Under the pieces are notes generated by a model. It ran no database searches, was not told the DNA's origin, and saw only the letters and a list, made by a program, of their open reading frames with translations. The position numbers were made by a program, and so were the translations under genes. From NCBI GenBank assembly GCA_951406725.2, contig OX597824.1, positions 62,682,001-62,746,000 on the forward strand: DNA of 64,000 nucleotides. The letters run 5' to 3'. Below, in pieces: positions 24,231 to 37,849 of this stretch; positions within the stretch are counted from its first letter, which is position 1, and the number at the start of each line of letters is the position of its first letter. Origin of the DNA: Octopus vulgaris (Eukaryota).

Positions 24231-24499
24231 ATTAGACTTGAAAAGTTTGCGAGAAACCCATTAACCCAATATGCAGACATTTCGGATGGCACACAGGTGG
24301 CGATGAATGTTTTATATCCAAATCCAAGCTTCTCGTCGAGCTCTACAAATTTTCCAGGATGCGGCTCGTCTTACCGTCCTATTCTCATATACTGCATTAA
24401 TAATACTTGCACATTCTGTTGCGTTGTCTTTATTGAAAACATAAAGCAAAATATACCAAGTATGCTCCTTCCAAAAATCGAACTGCACTCTTCAAAACT

Positions 24500-26600
24500 T
24501 ACACAAAGAATAAATTGAAGCAGGTAGTTTATCCCGTCCCCCTCCGACTTTTAGTTCATGCAATTGAAAATCCCGCATTATGTATAGGATGACACAATAT
24601 TTCAAGAGTCTCTTCAAGACAGAGAATATATACTCTTGATTATGCGTTTTTGGGTTTTGTATTTCGTAGTCAACCAAGTGGTGTTGTAATGAATTTTTTT
24701 TGTTTGCGTTTCCATAGAAGGTCTGCGAGTAATGTATATTGTCTCTTGCAGCTCTCAGAAAATAATACCGTGTGTTTCGTCCAGCGATCCTTGAAGCTGT
24801 CACTAGTTGTGCCTAAATATACATATGAATATTAACTCGTTTTTACAATCCACTTACGTATTCTAATTGTACATAAATAATCATTCACCTAAGAATATGT
24901 ATTATTATCTCTACAACTGCACTTTTTATATTGTTATTTTCAACCATACTTCCTCTTGTCCTGTTCGTTTTTCTTTCATTTATCTTATTGCGATAATTAT
25001 TGTTGGTATTATTACTATATTTAATTCTATTATTATCATTGCTGTTATTCTCAGTACTATAATTATTAGTATTTACCCTCTTCCTATTGTTTCTGCTTTG
25101 ATCTAGACTAACGAAGGTATTTATACTTATTGTCTTCCTTAGTCCCTGGTCCTTCGCTATCCGTAATAGCGTAGGTGTTTTTATATTTTACTCTTACCAT
25201 ATTCGGCTTCGTATTGTTTAGTTTATCAAAAAGTTATTCAAGGTTATTTGATGGAGCATAATATAATTTCACCACATATCTGGTAAAAAACCTTATAATA
25301 CATACTAGAGTTAGGGAAATGTCTAATGCACAGAAAAATTCTCCAGCAGTTTTAGATGCTACTTCTAATCCGAACAATGGATTAAGCAATAAAATGCTAC
25401 CTTTAATCGATTTATTATTAGATTTAGTTTAATCAGTGTCGCTCGTAATAGAATTATTACGATTGGAATATCCTATTTCCAAATGTCTTCCAACAATCTT
25501 CATTATTATTGCATTTCTTTTCATTTGACTATTAGGTTCTGATTCTAGATTTACATGTTTTCCTTCCGCAATACCAACCCTAATATTTACATCCATTTTA
25601 TGTTCGCTAGTATGCTTATCTATACATCTTTTCTCATGTTCTTTATTTCCAATTTATATAGATTGGCTATGTTATTGCTATGCGCATACATAATTCTGTC
25701 ACTGTATCCAGCATTGGCTAGTGTGCGTGTGAATTAAATATCATTTCATCAACTGATAACTTGGAAATTCTATTGGATATGCTTTTCATCTATAATTTTT
25801 AAATTACAACGCGGATAATTGGAATTTTTAAAAAAAAATATCTTAGATTCTCGTTTGTGGAATGGTTCAATAAGCCCTGTGTTCAAGGGTTTTTCTTTTA
25901 CATAATGGTAATTTATGGTAATTTTCAATTGTTAAATATAGTCCTGAATTTTTGAAGAATTTAAGCAATTTGTTTTATATTTTTCCCTTTGCACTTTACT
26001 GTAATCCTCTGCCAGAAACAGCATTATCCCTATATACAACAACCCTTATACATAAATCCAGGATTCCATCTGGAAAATAAAGTAGATACTGACGATAGTA
26101 GTGACCTGTGATGAGACGTTTGATCCCATCGTAATGTCAGAACAATCCATTCTATTTCATCTTATCCATAGCTTACTATCGTAATCAATTATTCTACTAC
26201 GATCAACTACTATAATATTTATTTCATGCTTTGATAAATTGCAGTTGTGTTTGGTTAATACAAGTGCCTTATGAAAAAATATTAGATTGGCAGAGGAAGA
26301 GTTATTAGAGATATGACTTGGTATAAACTTACCTCTCTTTTTGTTTTCCAGGCTATTGAACAAACCATTAGCTTTTTGTTTGTCAGACAAGGGCGTAAGC
26401 TTAATCATGTGTCTTTGGGTTGGTAATAGTATATCTGTAATAGCTTTACTTATCCAACCTACGACTGATTTATATTGGTATATTAGTCTAACTGGTTGAT
26501 CACTGTGAAAATTAATTTGATGGTCCTGAAGATAAATTCCATATTTTTTCTAGGTGAACTTGGCTTTGTTCTATCTTCTATGCCACTTTTGTTGCTATTT
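24500..26600 (-). pseudogene. Degraded Naiad-like PLE RT + GIY-YIG coding region
   Basis: Minus strand motifs in order: DHQINFHSDQPVRLI, DITMGSNVSSQV, VYRDNA (YRDD), KSISNRISKLSVDEMIFN, LLLNPLFGLEV..RHFPNSSMYYKVF, KCSCRD, YVYLGTTSDSFKDRWTKH, LCLEETLEI. Many stops and frameshifts. Confidence 0.8.
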
Positions 26601-26687
26601 TAAATACATTCGTGATACTTAATTAAAGCCAGATCATTCCATCGTCTTGCTTCATATAATTCTAGATGAAAGTACGTATGACTATTC

Positions 26688-26718
<31 letters not shown>

Positions 26719-26893
26719 CATACATACATACAAACATATATATATATAATGAATAGAACACGGAGTTTCTACCCTTGGCATGTAGCTTCAACCGTGTTTT
26801 CTGACGTGAATTTGCTACCCAGATATCGGTTAACCGAATTATCAATACTAGGATAATTCATTCACCTACTTACATATATATATATATATATAT

Positions 26894-27298
26894 GGGCGCA
26901 GGAGTGGCTGTGTGGTAAGTAGATTGCTTACCAACGACATGGTTCCGGGTTCAGTCCCACTGCGTGGCATCTTGGGCAAGTGTCTTCTGCTATAGCCTCG
27001 GGCCGACCAATGCCTTATGAGTGGATTTGGTAGGCGGAAACTGAAAGAAGCCTGTCGGATATATGTATGTATATATGTGTGTGTGTATGTTTGTGTGTCT
27101 GTGTTTGTCCCCCTAGCATTGCTTGATAACCGATGCTGGTGTGTTTATGTCGCCGTAATTTAGCGGTTCGGCAAAAAGAGACCGATAGAATAAGTACTGG
27201 GATTTCAAAGAATACGTCCTGGAGCCGAGTTGCTCGATTAAAGGCGGTGATCCAGCATGGCCGCAGTCAAATGACTGAAACAAGTAAAAGAGTAAAGA
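26894..27298 (+). mobile_element. tRNA-derived SINE, family B
   Basis: Head ggcgcaggagtggctgtgtggtaag...ccgggttcagtcccactgcgtggca.cttgggcaagtgtctt, internal (TG)n, tail (agtaaa)n. Confidence 0.8.
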
Positions 27299-27314
27299 GT
27301 AATATATATATATA

Positions 27315-27573
27315 AGCTTTTACCTGTCTCAGTCATTAAACCGCGGCCATACTAGGGTGCCACCTTGCATTTTTAGTCGAAGGATTCAACGGCAGTAATT
27401 AGTTTTTAAGCTTGGTACCTATTCTATCGGTTTCTTCTGGCGAACACTCTCTAGGCTTTAGTCGGCCCGAAGGTATAGTAGCAGACATTTGTCCAAGGGG
27501 CGATGTAATGGGACTGAACGCGGAACCAAGTGATTCGGAGGCAAGCTTCTTACCACACAGCCACTCTTGCACC
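27315..27573 (-). mobile_element. SINE family B-related copy (internally deleted)
   Basis: Ends with cttaccacacagccactcttgcacc, the reverse complement of the family B head. Confidence 0.65.
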
Positions 27574-27645
27574 TATATATATACATATATACATACATAC
27601 GTGCATACATACATACATACATACATACATACATACATACATACA

Positions 27646-27674
<29 letters not shown>

Positions 27675-27676
<2 letters not shown>

Positions 27677-28911
27677 TGGGTCGGCAAGAATGTAATTTCG
27701 GTTTTTTACTGTGAAATAAAAATTTTTGAGTTTTTGTCAAAGAAAGAATGAACTTTTAATCAAATATATATTTTCCATTTTGTTCAATGACACATTTCCA
27801 TCTTTCTGGCAACTTCTTAATTCGGCGCTCATTGAATTTCTGTTTCTAATCTGCCAAAGACTGAAGCAAGTGTGAGTTCAGGTCAGCATCATTATTGAAA
27901 GTGTTACCATTCACAGAATTTTGTAAACTACAAAATAAACGGTAACCTGAGGGTACATGTCAGTGACATCACTTCCTAAGCCCCAATAAATTTTTACGAA
28001 TTAGCAAAGACGTGTGTGGTCTAGCGTTGTCATCATGGAACAGGATTCCTTTACGATTTTCCAACTCTTGCCGTTTTTCTTTGATTGCTTACTCCAATTT
28101 TATTAGTTATCGAGAGAAAACACCTGAATTGATCGTTTGGCTTCTTGGAAGTGAATGAAAATACACACACCTTTGTAATCTCACCAAGTTGACAGCCTGA
28201 CCTTTTTTTTAGATGCAATTCAGGTTTGATATGGCTTGTGCTGGTTCATTACGCTTAGACCATGATCGTTTTCGATTGATGCTATTGTGCACAATCCATA
28301 TTTCGTCACCAGTGATGATTCGTTTTAAAAAGGTCGATTTCATTGCGTTTGAGATGTATATCGCAAATATTGTTTCGTTGTGTTAAGTGAATCTCTTTCA
28401 GTTTAAGTGGAACCCAAATATCGTGGTTCTTAAGAAGCCGAAGTTATCTTAAGGGATTTTCAATTGATGTGTCTCTGCAATTTCTCGGACATTTATATGA
28501 CAATCAGATTCAGTTATTGCTTTTATTCGATCATCATCAACTTCAGTAAGTCGACCTGTACGCTGGTCATCTTTGAGTGAAAAATCTCCAGAAGGGAATT
28601 TTAAAACTATTTCTGATATGTGCATTCAAGAAATCAACACCATAAACTTCAAATATCCCTTTGTGAGCCTCAGCAGCTTTTTTGCCTTTACAGAAATGAA
28701 AAAGCAAAATATGGCGAAAATGTTCGTTTTTGCACTCCATGTCAAAATAGACACTGAACTAACAGATGTAAACAAAATTAAGCGCAATTTGTTCTAAAGT
28801 ATGTTAAACGTAACAGCTATTAAATGTCAAAGGGAAAAAATCATAACATTGACAAAAATCATTCAAAAAATCGTAACCCTACTAGCGTAAAACGAAATTA
28901 CTTTCTTGCCA

Positions 28912-28916
<5 letters not shown>
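27675..28916 (-). mobile_element. Degraded full-span mariner transposon
   Basis: TIRs ttgggtcggcaagaatgtaatttcggtttt / aaaacgaaattactttcttgccaattca. Minus-strand WVP, FLKRIITGDEIWIVHN and FHDDNARPHT. Confidence 0.85.
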
Positions 28917-28974
<58 letters not shown>

Positions 28975-31900
28975 TACACACACACACAGGCACATACATA
29001 TACATACATGCATGCAAACATAGATACATACGTATTACCTGTGTTAATGTATGTGTGTGTGTGTGTGTTCGCTTCAACCAAAGAAACCTCACTCACATAT
29101 CTTGAATCTTACATAGAAACCACTTTCCCCAAATCCTCTGTATTTATACTGACCTGACAACGACGTGACTATTCAGCTATCTTTATTTCTTCATGACAGT
29201 GAAACTATGAATGTAAGCATATCTTGGAATACACATTGTAATATTTACACTCATTTCTTTGCGCTCACAAAGAATAACGCCTGAAAGTGGCAACCAAATA
29301 TTTTATATTTGAAGAAATAATTAGTGTAGTCTTCGTACAAAGAAATGGTTAAAGGTTGAATTATTAAATGGTAAACATTAGGATTTGCCGTAGAATATAA
29401 TTTTTAGTCTTGTGCTTTAGCAAATGTGCAGTAATAGAACAATCAGGTCTTGAGGGCAAAATATTGTGAATGAAATAACTACCACCGCGGTCAATAAAAT
29501 TATGTAACAGTGTGTCCCATTTGGACCAATTGGATTAAATCTAAGTCTAATCTCTAGAACATGAAGATCGATAATCAATAACCACATATATACCACAATT
29601 TGAAATTGCACAAGGACTCAAGCTACTTAAAGAATAGAGGCCAGACCTGTATAAGTCGAAGCTGAAGGAAAGGTAAATGGAGACATTTAGCGAACAGTGA
29701 GGGTTGGACGTTCAGTGCAATGTTTATTGGACTTTATAGAAACATTCTAAGAACTATACATGGAATCCGCTGAATACTAAAGAATTACCAGAGAAAACAT
29801 GGACAATATAATAGCTGTAATTATCTAAATAGAATTTCCTATTATGTTCTACAGCAATGCACTAATAATAATAACAATGCTTCGACGTCACCTGTATATT
29901 CATATTAGGAAGATTTTACTCACATTTATATCCATCCATACAGATATTCTACACCATTTATATTAACTAATTTTAAATACGTTAACAGAGTTTGAAACCC
30001 GTAACGTTCTTTAGCTACTAAATTAAAGAAGCCATAGCGATTCTATGGAAGAAAGACGAACCACACCAAGAAGGCTGCACGTTATATCCTGTTTGTTCTC
30101 CCTAATTAAAACCATTGTTGAAGTTGAATTACCGTCATCCAGTGTCATACTGTTTAAACTCCATTTCTATTGAAGCAGACATATTAATATTTCCATATAC
30201 TTTTATAGTTTTCTTTTCTTTCAGATCTCTATAATCAAGTTCACCTGACATTACGCATTTATAGTTTGGCGAAATATATTATTTCCAGATACCATATTCT
30301 GAATATTGGCATTAGTATTACGAAGTGCTTCTAAACAATCATTTTAAAAACTATGTGAAGTTTAGATAAGAACTACAAAATAAACACTATGAAGAAAAGT
30401 TAACCTGATGCGATAACTATTATTAGAGAGAGGAAATGGGGAAAGGAATTGACTGATATCAATATGGACAAAAAATGCGAAAAAATGTGGATAATGAAAT
30501 AATACTTGAAGACACAAACAGTTAGAGAGCGGAAAGTGAACTAAAAGAGGAGGGTATCAAGTCAAACATAACTGAGGCAATGGTTAAGTGTTAACATCTT
30601 TTGGGGTATAATCGTTGATAACGACTCATTTCCAAGCTGAATATACTGCTAATTTTGTATCGGACTTTTAACGCAGAATGGAAACATTCTGGATTTGAAC
30701 TCAAGGCATAAAATGAAATCAGAAGGGAATACAAGACTTAATAGCTTACGCATTATGGATTAATCCATTGTCTTGAAATGTTTTGTCTGTAGAAAAGATA
30801 TTATGTTCTTCTCTTGGACGTTCCACTTACAGATCAAATTTACTTGATTAACCTAAATATAATCAAAGTTATGGAAATTCCTGTCCAGGTATTCCACCAG
30901 GGATATATTGACAGGCTTCATTTACAGAAACAGCCAGCTATCTATTTCAAACAGATTGGGAAACTTTACAATAAATAACGGGTATGGTTTTCATCTTTTG
31001 TTTAATTTATATAAGGTTTAGAAGTAAAAAATGCAAAACTTATGAAAATATTAGTTTCAACGTGGTGTAAACGAGAATTTAATATGCATAGACGATGTTC
31101 GCCATAAAACTTAGGATTTAAACTTGTGTTGAGATAAATGTATTCATCAATCATCTGTGTATACCAGACTACATTGCATTTGAATACTAAACTCAATCCG
31201 CTGTATGTGTGAAATGGAATATGACACCGACACACACTATCTCTTATGCAAATAGAGAGGTATATCTCTTCGTCTTCACGCCGATAATTTCAATCAATAT
31301 TCAGTAATGTGGTGTCTCCACCAACCAAATTCTCTCTCAAGCCATTAGAAGCTAACAAAGGAACATTTGTGGTCTGCATCTATTAGATAGAAATATCAGC
31401 CAAATCTCCTTCGAATTACATTTTACTGTTGGATGTTGTTATCCAAGACACATAACCCATTGAAATTATTCTAAACGGTAATTGCCGGAAATCTTTCTCT
31501 TCAATCAACACACAGCATGTTGAGTGTTAATCGTGACACAATACAAAACAGAAAACTCGTTGGTGGCAACCCATTGACCTACCATTTTCTACTTAGATAT
31601 ACACATGGCTTAGTTACATAAGAGGGAACATTGTAGTTAAGTAATATACTATTAGCTAATATCAATGTTAATATTTAGCTCACTCAATATTGGCATAGAA
31701 TCGCCACATAACTGATCAATTTGCAAAAACAGAAACTACCAAATCATCTACTTCCAATCATTCAAAATTATCTTCAAATTTGTCTGATATGTGGAATGAA
31801 TGAAGCACAAAACGCCCCCTGCTAGTTACCGTATACAAAGCTTCCTCCGATCAGAGCTGAGACAACGATAAACAACAAAATAAAAGTATGAATAATACGA

Positions 31901-32716
31901 GTGTACATATCACAACGTAGTGAAGAAGCTTCAATCGATTGAAGTAACAGTCAGATTATCTCAAGCAATAAGCATAAGCAATATGTTCGTGGAAAGTTGA
32001 TGGGTTGGATGTGATGCTGATGAAAGAGCAATAACTCGGGAACTAAGCATATACACCTATTACCTACTCTTTCTATCGTTGTAACCTGCAATGCGGCATC
32101 ACAACTCCTTAGAAAATCCATAGAATTGAACTTAAACAAATAAAGGCATCGCGCTGCTATCACAAAATTAAGATACAGTATTAACTAGTAAATCTTTAAA
32201 TAAACATGGTAGTATGTTCTAGTTGGAAAACGAAATACTGTATCTTTGCTAACAACTAATATTTACGTACCTGTTACCAGAAATCTGCTTAATATATACA
32301 TTGTAGCATCCAATAGTGTTACATCTCTAAATTAGTGGGTTTTTAAGCAATGCATTCGTGGATATTTGATGTATTGGATGTGGTGACGATGAAAAAGCAA
32401 TAACTCTTAAAATATACATATCCACCCATCACCTAGTTACCCTGTCGTCGATCTCATAGTTTATATAGACACACTCGTACATGAAACGTCGTAACTTGCA
32501 GTGTTCGCATCAATTGCAAATAAAACCCATAGTTAAAAACATTAAAAATAAACAAGACGGATCATGTAATATATCAATATATAAAAAATATGAATTAACT
32601 CCCGTTTTGAACGCATCTGATGATGAAATGCTCCGTCATATTTAGATTACCATTACAGAAAACGCTAAAATATATTTTAGTAAATATATATTTATAGACA
32701 TATGTTAAGAGATACA

Positions 32717-32788
<72 letters not shown>

Positions 32789-33149
32789 TTATGAACACAA
32801 TATATACTTTATGATCTACTAATGGATTCAAGCAATGAAAACGAGACGGAGAATATATTATAACACGTATGGTGCCTCACGCAATTCTCAGGCTATGCCC
32901 ACACGGCATTTTTAGTCATTTTCATCGCATTAAAATATTTATTAGTTGCTCATAAAAGGATATACTTTGTTTATTAACAAATATTTATCTCTTATTAGAT
33001 GGAATAACTTTTGATGATCTTACAATCAAGGGAAGCTATATTATACAATATATATATATTTATATACTATATGTATGTATGTATGTATATATATATATAT
33101 ATATATATACATATATGTGTGTGTGTGTGTGTGTATGTGTGTGTGTACT

Positions 33150-33310
33150 TTTACTGGGTTCATGTTCATACCATTTATCAGTATGGTCAAATGTCCGTGG
33201 ACAAGATATCTCAAGAACCGCTGAATGGATTCGGATGAAACTTTCAGGGATATTTGGCTTTGTGACTGGCACTAATGGATTAGAGTTTAGGATAGATCCG
33301 GTGTCGATAA
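33150..33310 (-). mobile_element. Fragment of the same Helentron-like family as 20630-20982
   Basis: aagatatctcaagaaccgctgaatggattcggatgaaactttcagggat is the reverse complement of the ~20865-20915 region. Confidence 0.6.
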
Positions 33311-33590
33311 ATTAAATACTAGTCAAGTACTAGGGTTGAGATAATCAACTTACCTCCACCCCTAAAAGTTCAGGCCTTTGATCAAGGGTTAAACTTCAAA
33401 ATAATCTTTTGAGAAAACGAAAAATCATGTAGGTAGTCTGTCTTCTCTCTAGAAATAGCAGCAACATTTTCTTCAAATCACAGCCACAATCTCACGAATG
33501 ACATAATGATCCTTCTCGTAATCAAACATAAAGATATACCAAAAAGAATGACAATGTGCCGGAGTAGAAATAAAATCTCATGCCATCTGA

Positions 33591-34496
33591 TCTCTCTCTA
33601 TATATATACGAGCAAAATTTTCCCCTCCAATGGACGGTGCTGAATCATATCTGCTGAATAAAAAGCAATCAGTGTTTTCTTTTCACTAAAAAATAATGAA
33701 GCATGCTTTTATTTTAATAATTTTTTTGGTTCTGTTAAACGAAGTTAAGGCAAAAAAAAACTTATTGAGAAACCAAATAGTCTTTCCTTCCTTCATGACA
33801 AGTTTGAAGAAAATATCCCTTTTGCATCTTACATTTTTGGTCTCTTAAATATACTACATTTTGTGGCATTCTTTCACGCCAGCCGGCTTTTTTGCGCGAA
33901 CTGCACGTACATCTTTCTCGCGTATGCGCAGTATCGATCGCAACAGCTGATGTACTTGCGCGTACAAATGCACGTTCCCACGGCTTTATCGATCGCATTA
34001 TCACCTGGAATCGATTTTTCTAATTTTTTCAAGACTTATAACACCCTGATACCGTCGGTATCTACATATCAAATTTGAGCGCAATCGGGTGGAAGATGCC
34101 CAAGATCTTAGAAAAAACACACACACACAAACAGACAGAACGGATTTTATATAATAGATAAAATATGTTGTATCTCTGTCTGTTCCCAATGCATTCTCTA
34201 ATGGCTCAACAAAGCCAAATAAAATTTTACATAGTAATACTATCGTACCCCAGGAGTATCAACATATAATTTTCGGGGGATTAGAACAATGCAACATTAG
34301 CACTGGTTCCGTATTACGGGTCAAAACTGGACGAGTAAAAGTGAAAGAATAACATCTATACTGAAATGTAATACATTGTTACATTAGTATACTTTTATTT
34401 TGAATTCTAACCACGACGACAGCGACGATGGCGTCACGTTTTGTATATACAAACTATACCGTTCTAATACGGAGCAACGCGGGGTGTCTCTGCTAG
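33591..34496. mobile_element. Composite of non-autonomous Helitron-like pieces
   Basis: 5'-type TC ends (tctctctctatatatatacg at 33591 on +; reverse complement of ttttatataataga at ~34158 on -). 3' end cggagcaacgcggggtgtctctgCTAG at 34496 matches the 3' end of 49347-49696. Confidence 0.55.
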
Positions 34497-35595
34497 ATTT
34501 AAATAAAAGAAGAGCACATATGAAGTGTGCCAAACATTCAGACACAAGAAAAATAATTAGATTTTATAAAATAATTAGGCAATTCATAAATAATTGTGTT
34601 TATTTGTGTATAATCTCATTTAGGCTAATATTGATTTAGTTTCTGTATATATGCATGTTGACCCTTATTTTGAGATTAGTCATAACTTTATATTAAGGGG
34701 GAAAATGTAGTAAATTAAGGTTGACGTGAATAATGTTATAGTTTTGAGTCTTCAAAATAACATATTCGGCGATAACACAGAATTTTCCCTTAGGATGAAT
34801 GTTTTATAAACACAGATGGTGATTTGTAATGGATGATTCGTAGTTGGTGTTTTAAAATATTTTCATTTAATATTCCTTGTCAAATAATACGGTCATCTTG
34901 CATTATTAACAATTCGTGACTTCGCGACACTTCCCAATTTAAAAGTCTCGAGAATTAGGAATAAGAACTTGTTGCAATTCGTGTGTCAATATTTGCAAGC
35001 GAAGCTGCACAATAACTAATATTTGCATATCATAAAACTTAGTCGTATATACTTTTTTTATGTTAGACTATATTGAATCGAACACCTAAATAGAACAATT
35101 CTTAACATTATCCATCTCTATAATTAACAGTAATTTTGGGTATAATTAAAATATAAATCTATATTTATACTTTTACATTCGATTTCATTATTCTAAACCA
35201 ATGCATAGCCATTTCAGAAAATACCATGGAATAAAGAATTTTTTAAAATTTTCATCATAACTTTTTTCCGCTATAGAATTTTAGAATTTTATTATCCAAT
35301 ATTCTTCATATTACAGAAGAGGATCCGCTAAAGGAAGATAAAGAATGATGTTATTATTAAACATAATATCATTTTGATTTAATAATTTTGTTTATTTTGA
35401 AGTTAAATTTACATTAATCGATAAAAAAATCTGTTACCAAAGAAATCATATATTATAGTTATTAATCAAGTGTCGACAATACTACTTCAATATTTTAATA
35501 CACCCTAAACTACTGACATTAGTTTACACCAATACAACTCCGCATATCCGACTAGAAATATATATGTACGTATGCATATATATATATATGTGTGT

Positions 35596-35627
<32 letters not shown>

Positions 35628-36156
35628 ATAAAGGGAGCATAGATGGGGTTTAAAGTTTACGGCAGCAGTTTTGGTAGAATTTTTATTAATGTGGTTATAG
35701 ATTATATAATTACATAATCCGCAACCTTGGGGTAAAATTGAAACAGGTTAAATTTTAAACAGATGAGATTTCATCCATCAAATCGGAAAAATCGCACTTC
35801 GTTGGATTAGTGTTTCTTTCTTTTTTTAAATTTAATGCAAATACACACAAAAAGTAGGTGTGGCTTGAATTGGCATGCAAGAAGCAGATGTCAAACGATT
35901 GTTTTATTTGAATTCTCTAAATTATTTTATATTTAATAATTGTCGTTGAAAATATACAGGAATCATAGACATACTGTAACATTCAGTTGACATTAAAGGC
36001 TATCAAAATCAGGCAGGAAGTTGATCAATTAAGTGACATATGAGGAGACAAATTTCGGGTCAGTAGAAAGCTATAAAACTGTCATCTAATTTTCGTCCCA
36101 TTCTGTCCATCTTAAATATATTAAGTAAAGACGTATTCAGAATCACATTCTTAAAT

Positions 36157-36242
<86 letters not shown>

Positions 36243-36264
36243 ACACATATATATATATATATAA

Positions 36265-36625
36265 GTATATAACCACTATAACCTGTAGTGGGGAACAGTC
36301 AACACGTTATACTGAGGCTGACCAAAGAATTTTTAGGGTACTTGAATGTACTCATGTTTTTTGCTTCGGCTTTTTCCATGGCCGCATGTAAGGATCTTAT
36401 TTATATCCTTTCGTAAGCTCTACTGAGGAGGAATAAGTATTTTATGAGATTAATTCCGAAATTGATTCAATAACGAATTTTTTAAAAATTCAAACGGCCG
36501 GCTTGCCCGACTTCAGTTCTTCGGTTTTTGCTGTAGCGAGTAAATTACATGTGGAAATTGACGATTTAATAGTCTGTTATCAGCATATTGGCTTTGAAAT
36601 AATTTTCTTTAGCCCTTACTTATAA
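36265..36625 (+). mobile_element. Probable PLE pseudo-LTR 3' remnant with hammerhead core
   Basis: CTGAGGA-GGAAT...ATTCC-GAAA at 36423-36461. Lies between CA and TA microsatellites. Confidence 0.45.
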
Positions 36626-36638
36626 GTTGTGTATATAA

Positions 36639-36675
<37 letters not shown>

Positions 36676-36729
36676 TATATATGTGTGTATGTGTAAGTGC
36701 ATGTGTCTATATGTGTATCTCTCTCTTTC

Positions 36730-36761
<32 letters not shown>

Positions 36762-36774
<13 letters not shown>

Positions 36775-36971
36775 TTCGAGACAAAACCACTATTTTGCAA
36801 AACAAGCAAGGAAAGACTTAATCAATACATAAAAATTTTTAATATAAAGAAATAAACCGCCACTACAATCGTTTCATGTCTTCAATGACATTCGTCAGGT
36901 GGATTTTCGATCTCCTAATCTGTTTTAATTTATGAAGTCTTCATTAAATTAAAACAGATTATTCTAATATT

Positions 36972-37026
<55 letters not shown>

Positions 37027-37089
37027 GAGATCGAAAATTAACCCACCTGACATATACTGCTGGTCTAATTAACTGTATCTATTTTATTA

Positions 37090-37157
<68 letters not shown>

Positions 37158-37431
37158 ATTATGTATTTTATAACTTTAAGCGATTTGTACTGTACCATGG
37201 TTTTATTATTATTTTTCATCTCCATAGTGTTAGCCTTTTTTTATAAAAAACTTTCTTTATATTAAAAATTTTATACATGTATTGATTAAGTCTGTTTCCT
37301 TGTACTTGTATTATTTTGCAAAATAGTGGTTTTGTCTCGTAATTAATATTATATAATATTTTACTATAAAATTGGATTTAATCCTAAATCTGTATCTCAA
37401 TTTTCCCTGTAAATTTGGATTTATTCCCTAA

Positions 37432-37437
<6 letters not shown>
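36762..37437 (+). mobile_element. PLE pseudo-LTR remnant with inverted 5' copy
   Basis: 36762-36918 is the reverse complement of 37022-37355 (with insertions). Unpaired tail to ~37437, (TA)n flanks, HHR in the left arm. Confidence 0.65.
36860..36902 (-). ncRNA. Type I hammerhead ribozyme, canonical core
   Basis: CCAC-CTGACGA-ATGTC-attgaa-GACAT-GAAAC-gatt-GTA-GTGG. All core nucleotides, 4-bp stem I, 5-bp stem II, minimal quasi-palindromic stem III and a GUA cleavage triplet. Confidence 0.8.
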
Positions 37438-37476
<39 letters not shown>

Positions 37477-37492
37477 GTATATATATGTATAA

Positions 37493-37778
37493 AGAAGAAG
37501 AAGAAGAAGAAGAAGAAGAAGAAAAAGAAAAAGAAGAAGGCGAAGAAGGAAAAGAAAAAGAAGAAGAAAAAAAGAAGTAAAAGATAAAGAAGAAGAAGAA
37601 GAAGAAAAAAGAAAAAAGAAGAAAAAGGAAAAATGAAGAAGGAAAAGAAAAAGAAGAAGAAAAAAAGAAGAAAAAGAAGAAGAAAAAGAAGAAGATAAAG
37701 CAGAAGAAGAAGAAGAAGAAGAAGAAGAAGAAGAAGAAGAAGAAGAAGAAGAAGAAGAAGAAGAAGAAGAAGAAGAAG
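37493..37778 (+). repeat. (AAG)n purine-rich microsatellite tract
   Basis: Direct reading; almost exclusively A/G. Confidence 0.95.
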
Positions 37779-37849
37779 GCGTTGGATTTTAACTCTCAGG
37801 CTATGTGTGTAATAGAATCTAGAAGTAGTAGACAACGAGGACAGAAAAT

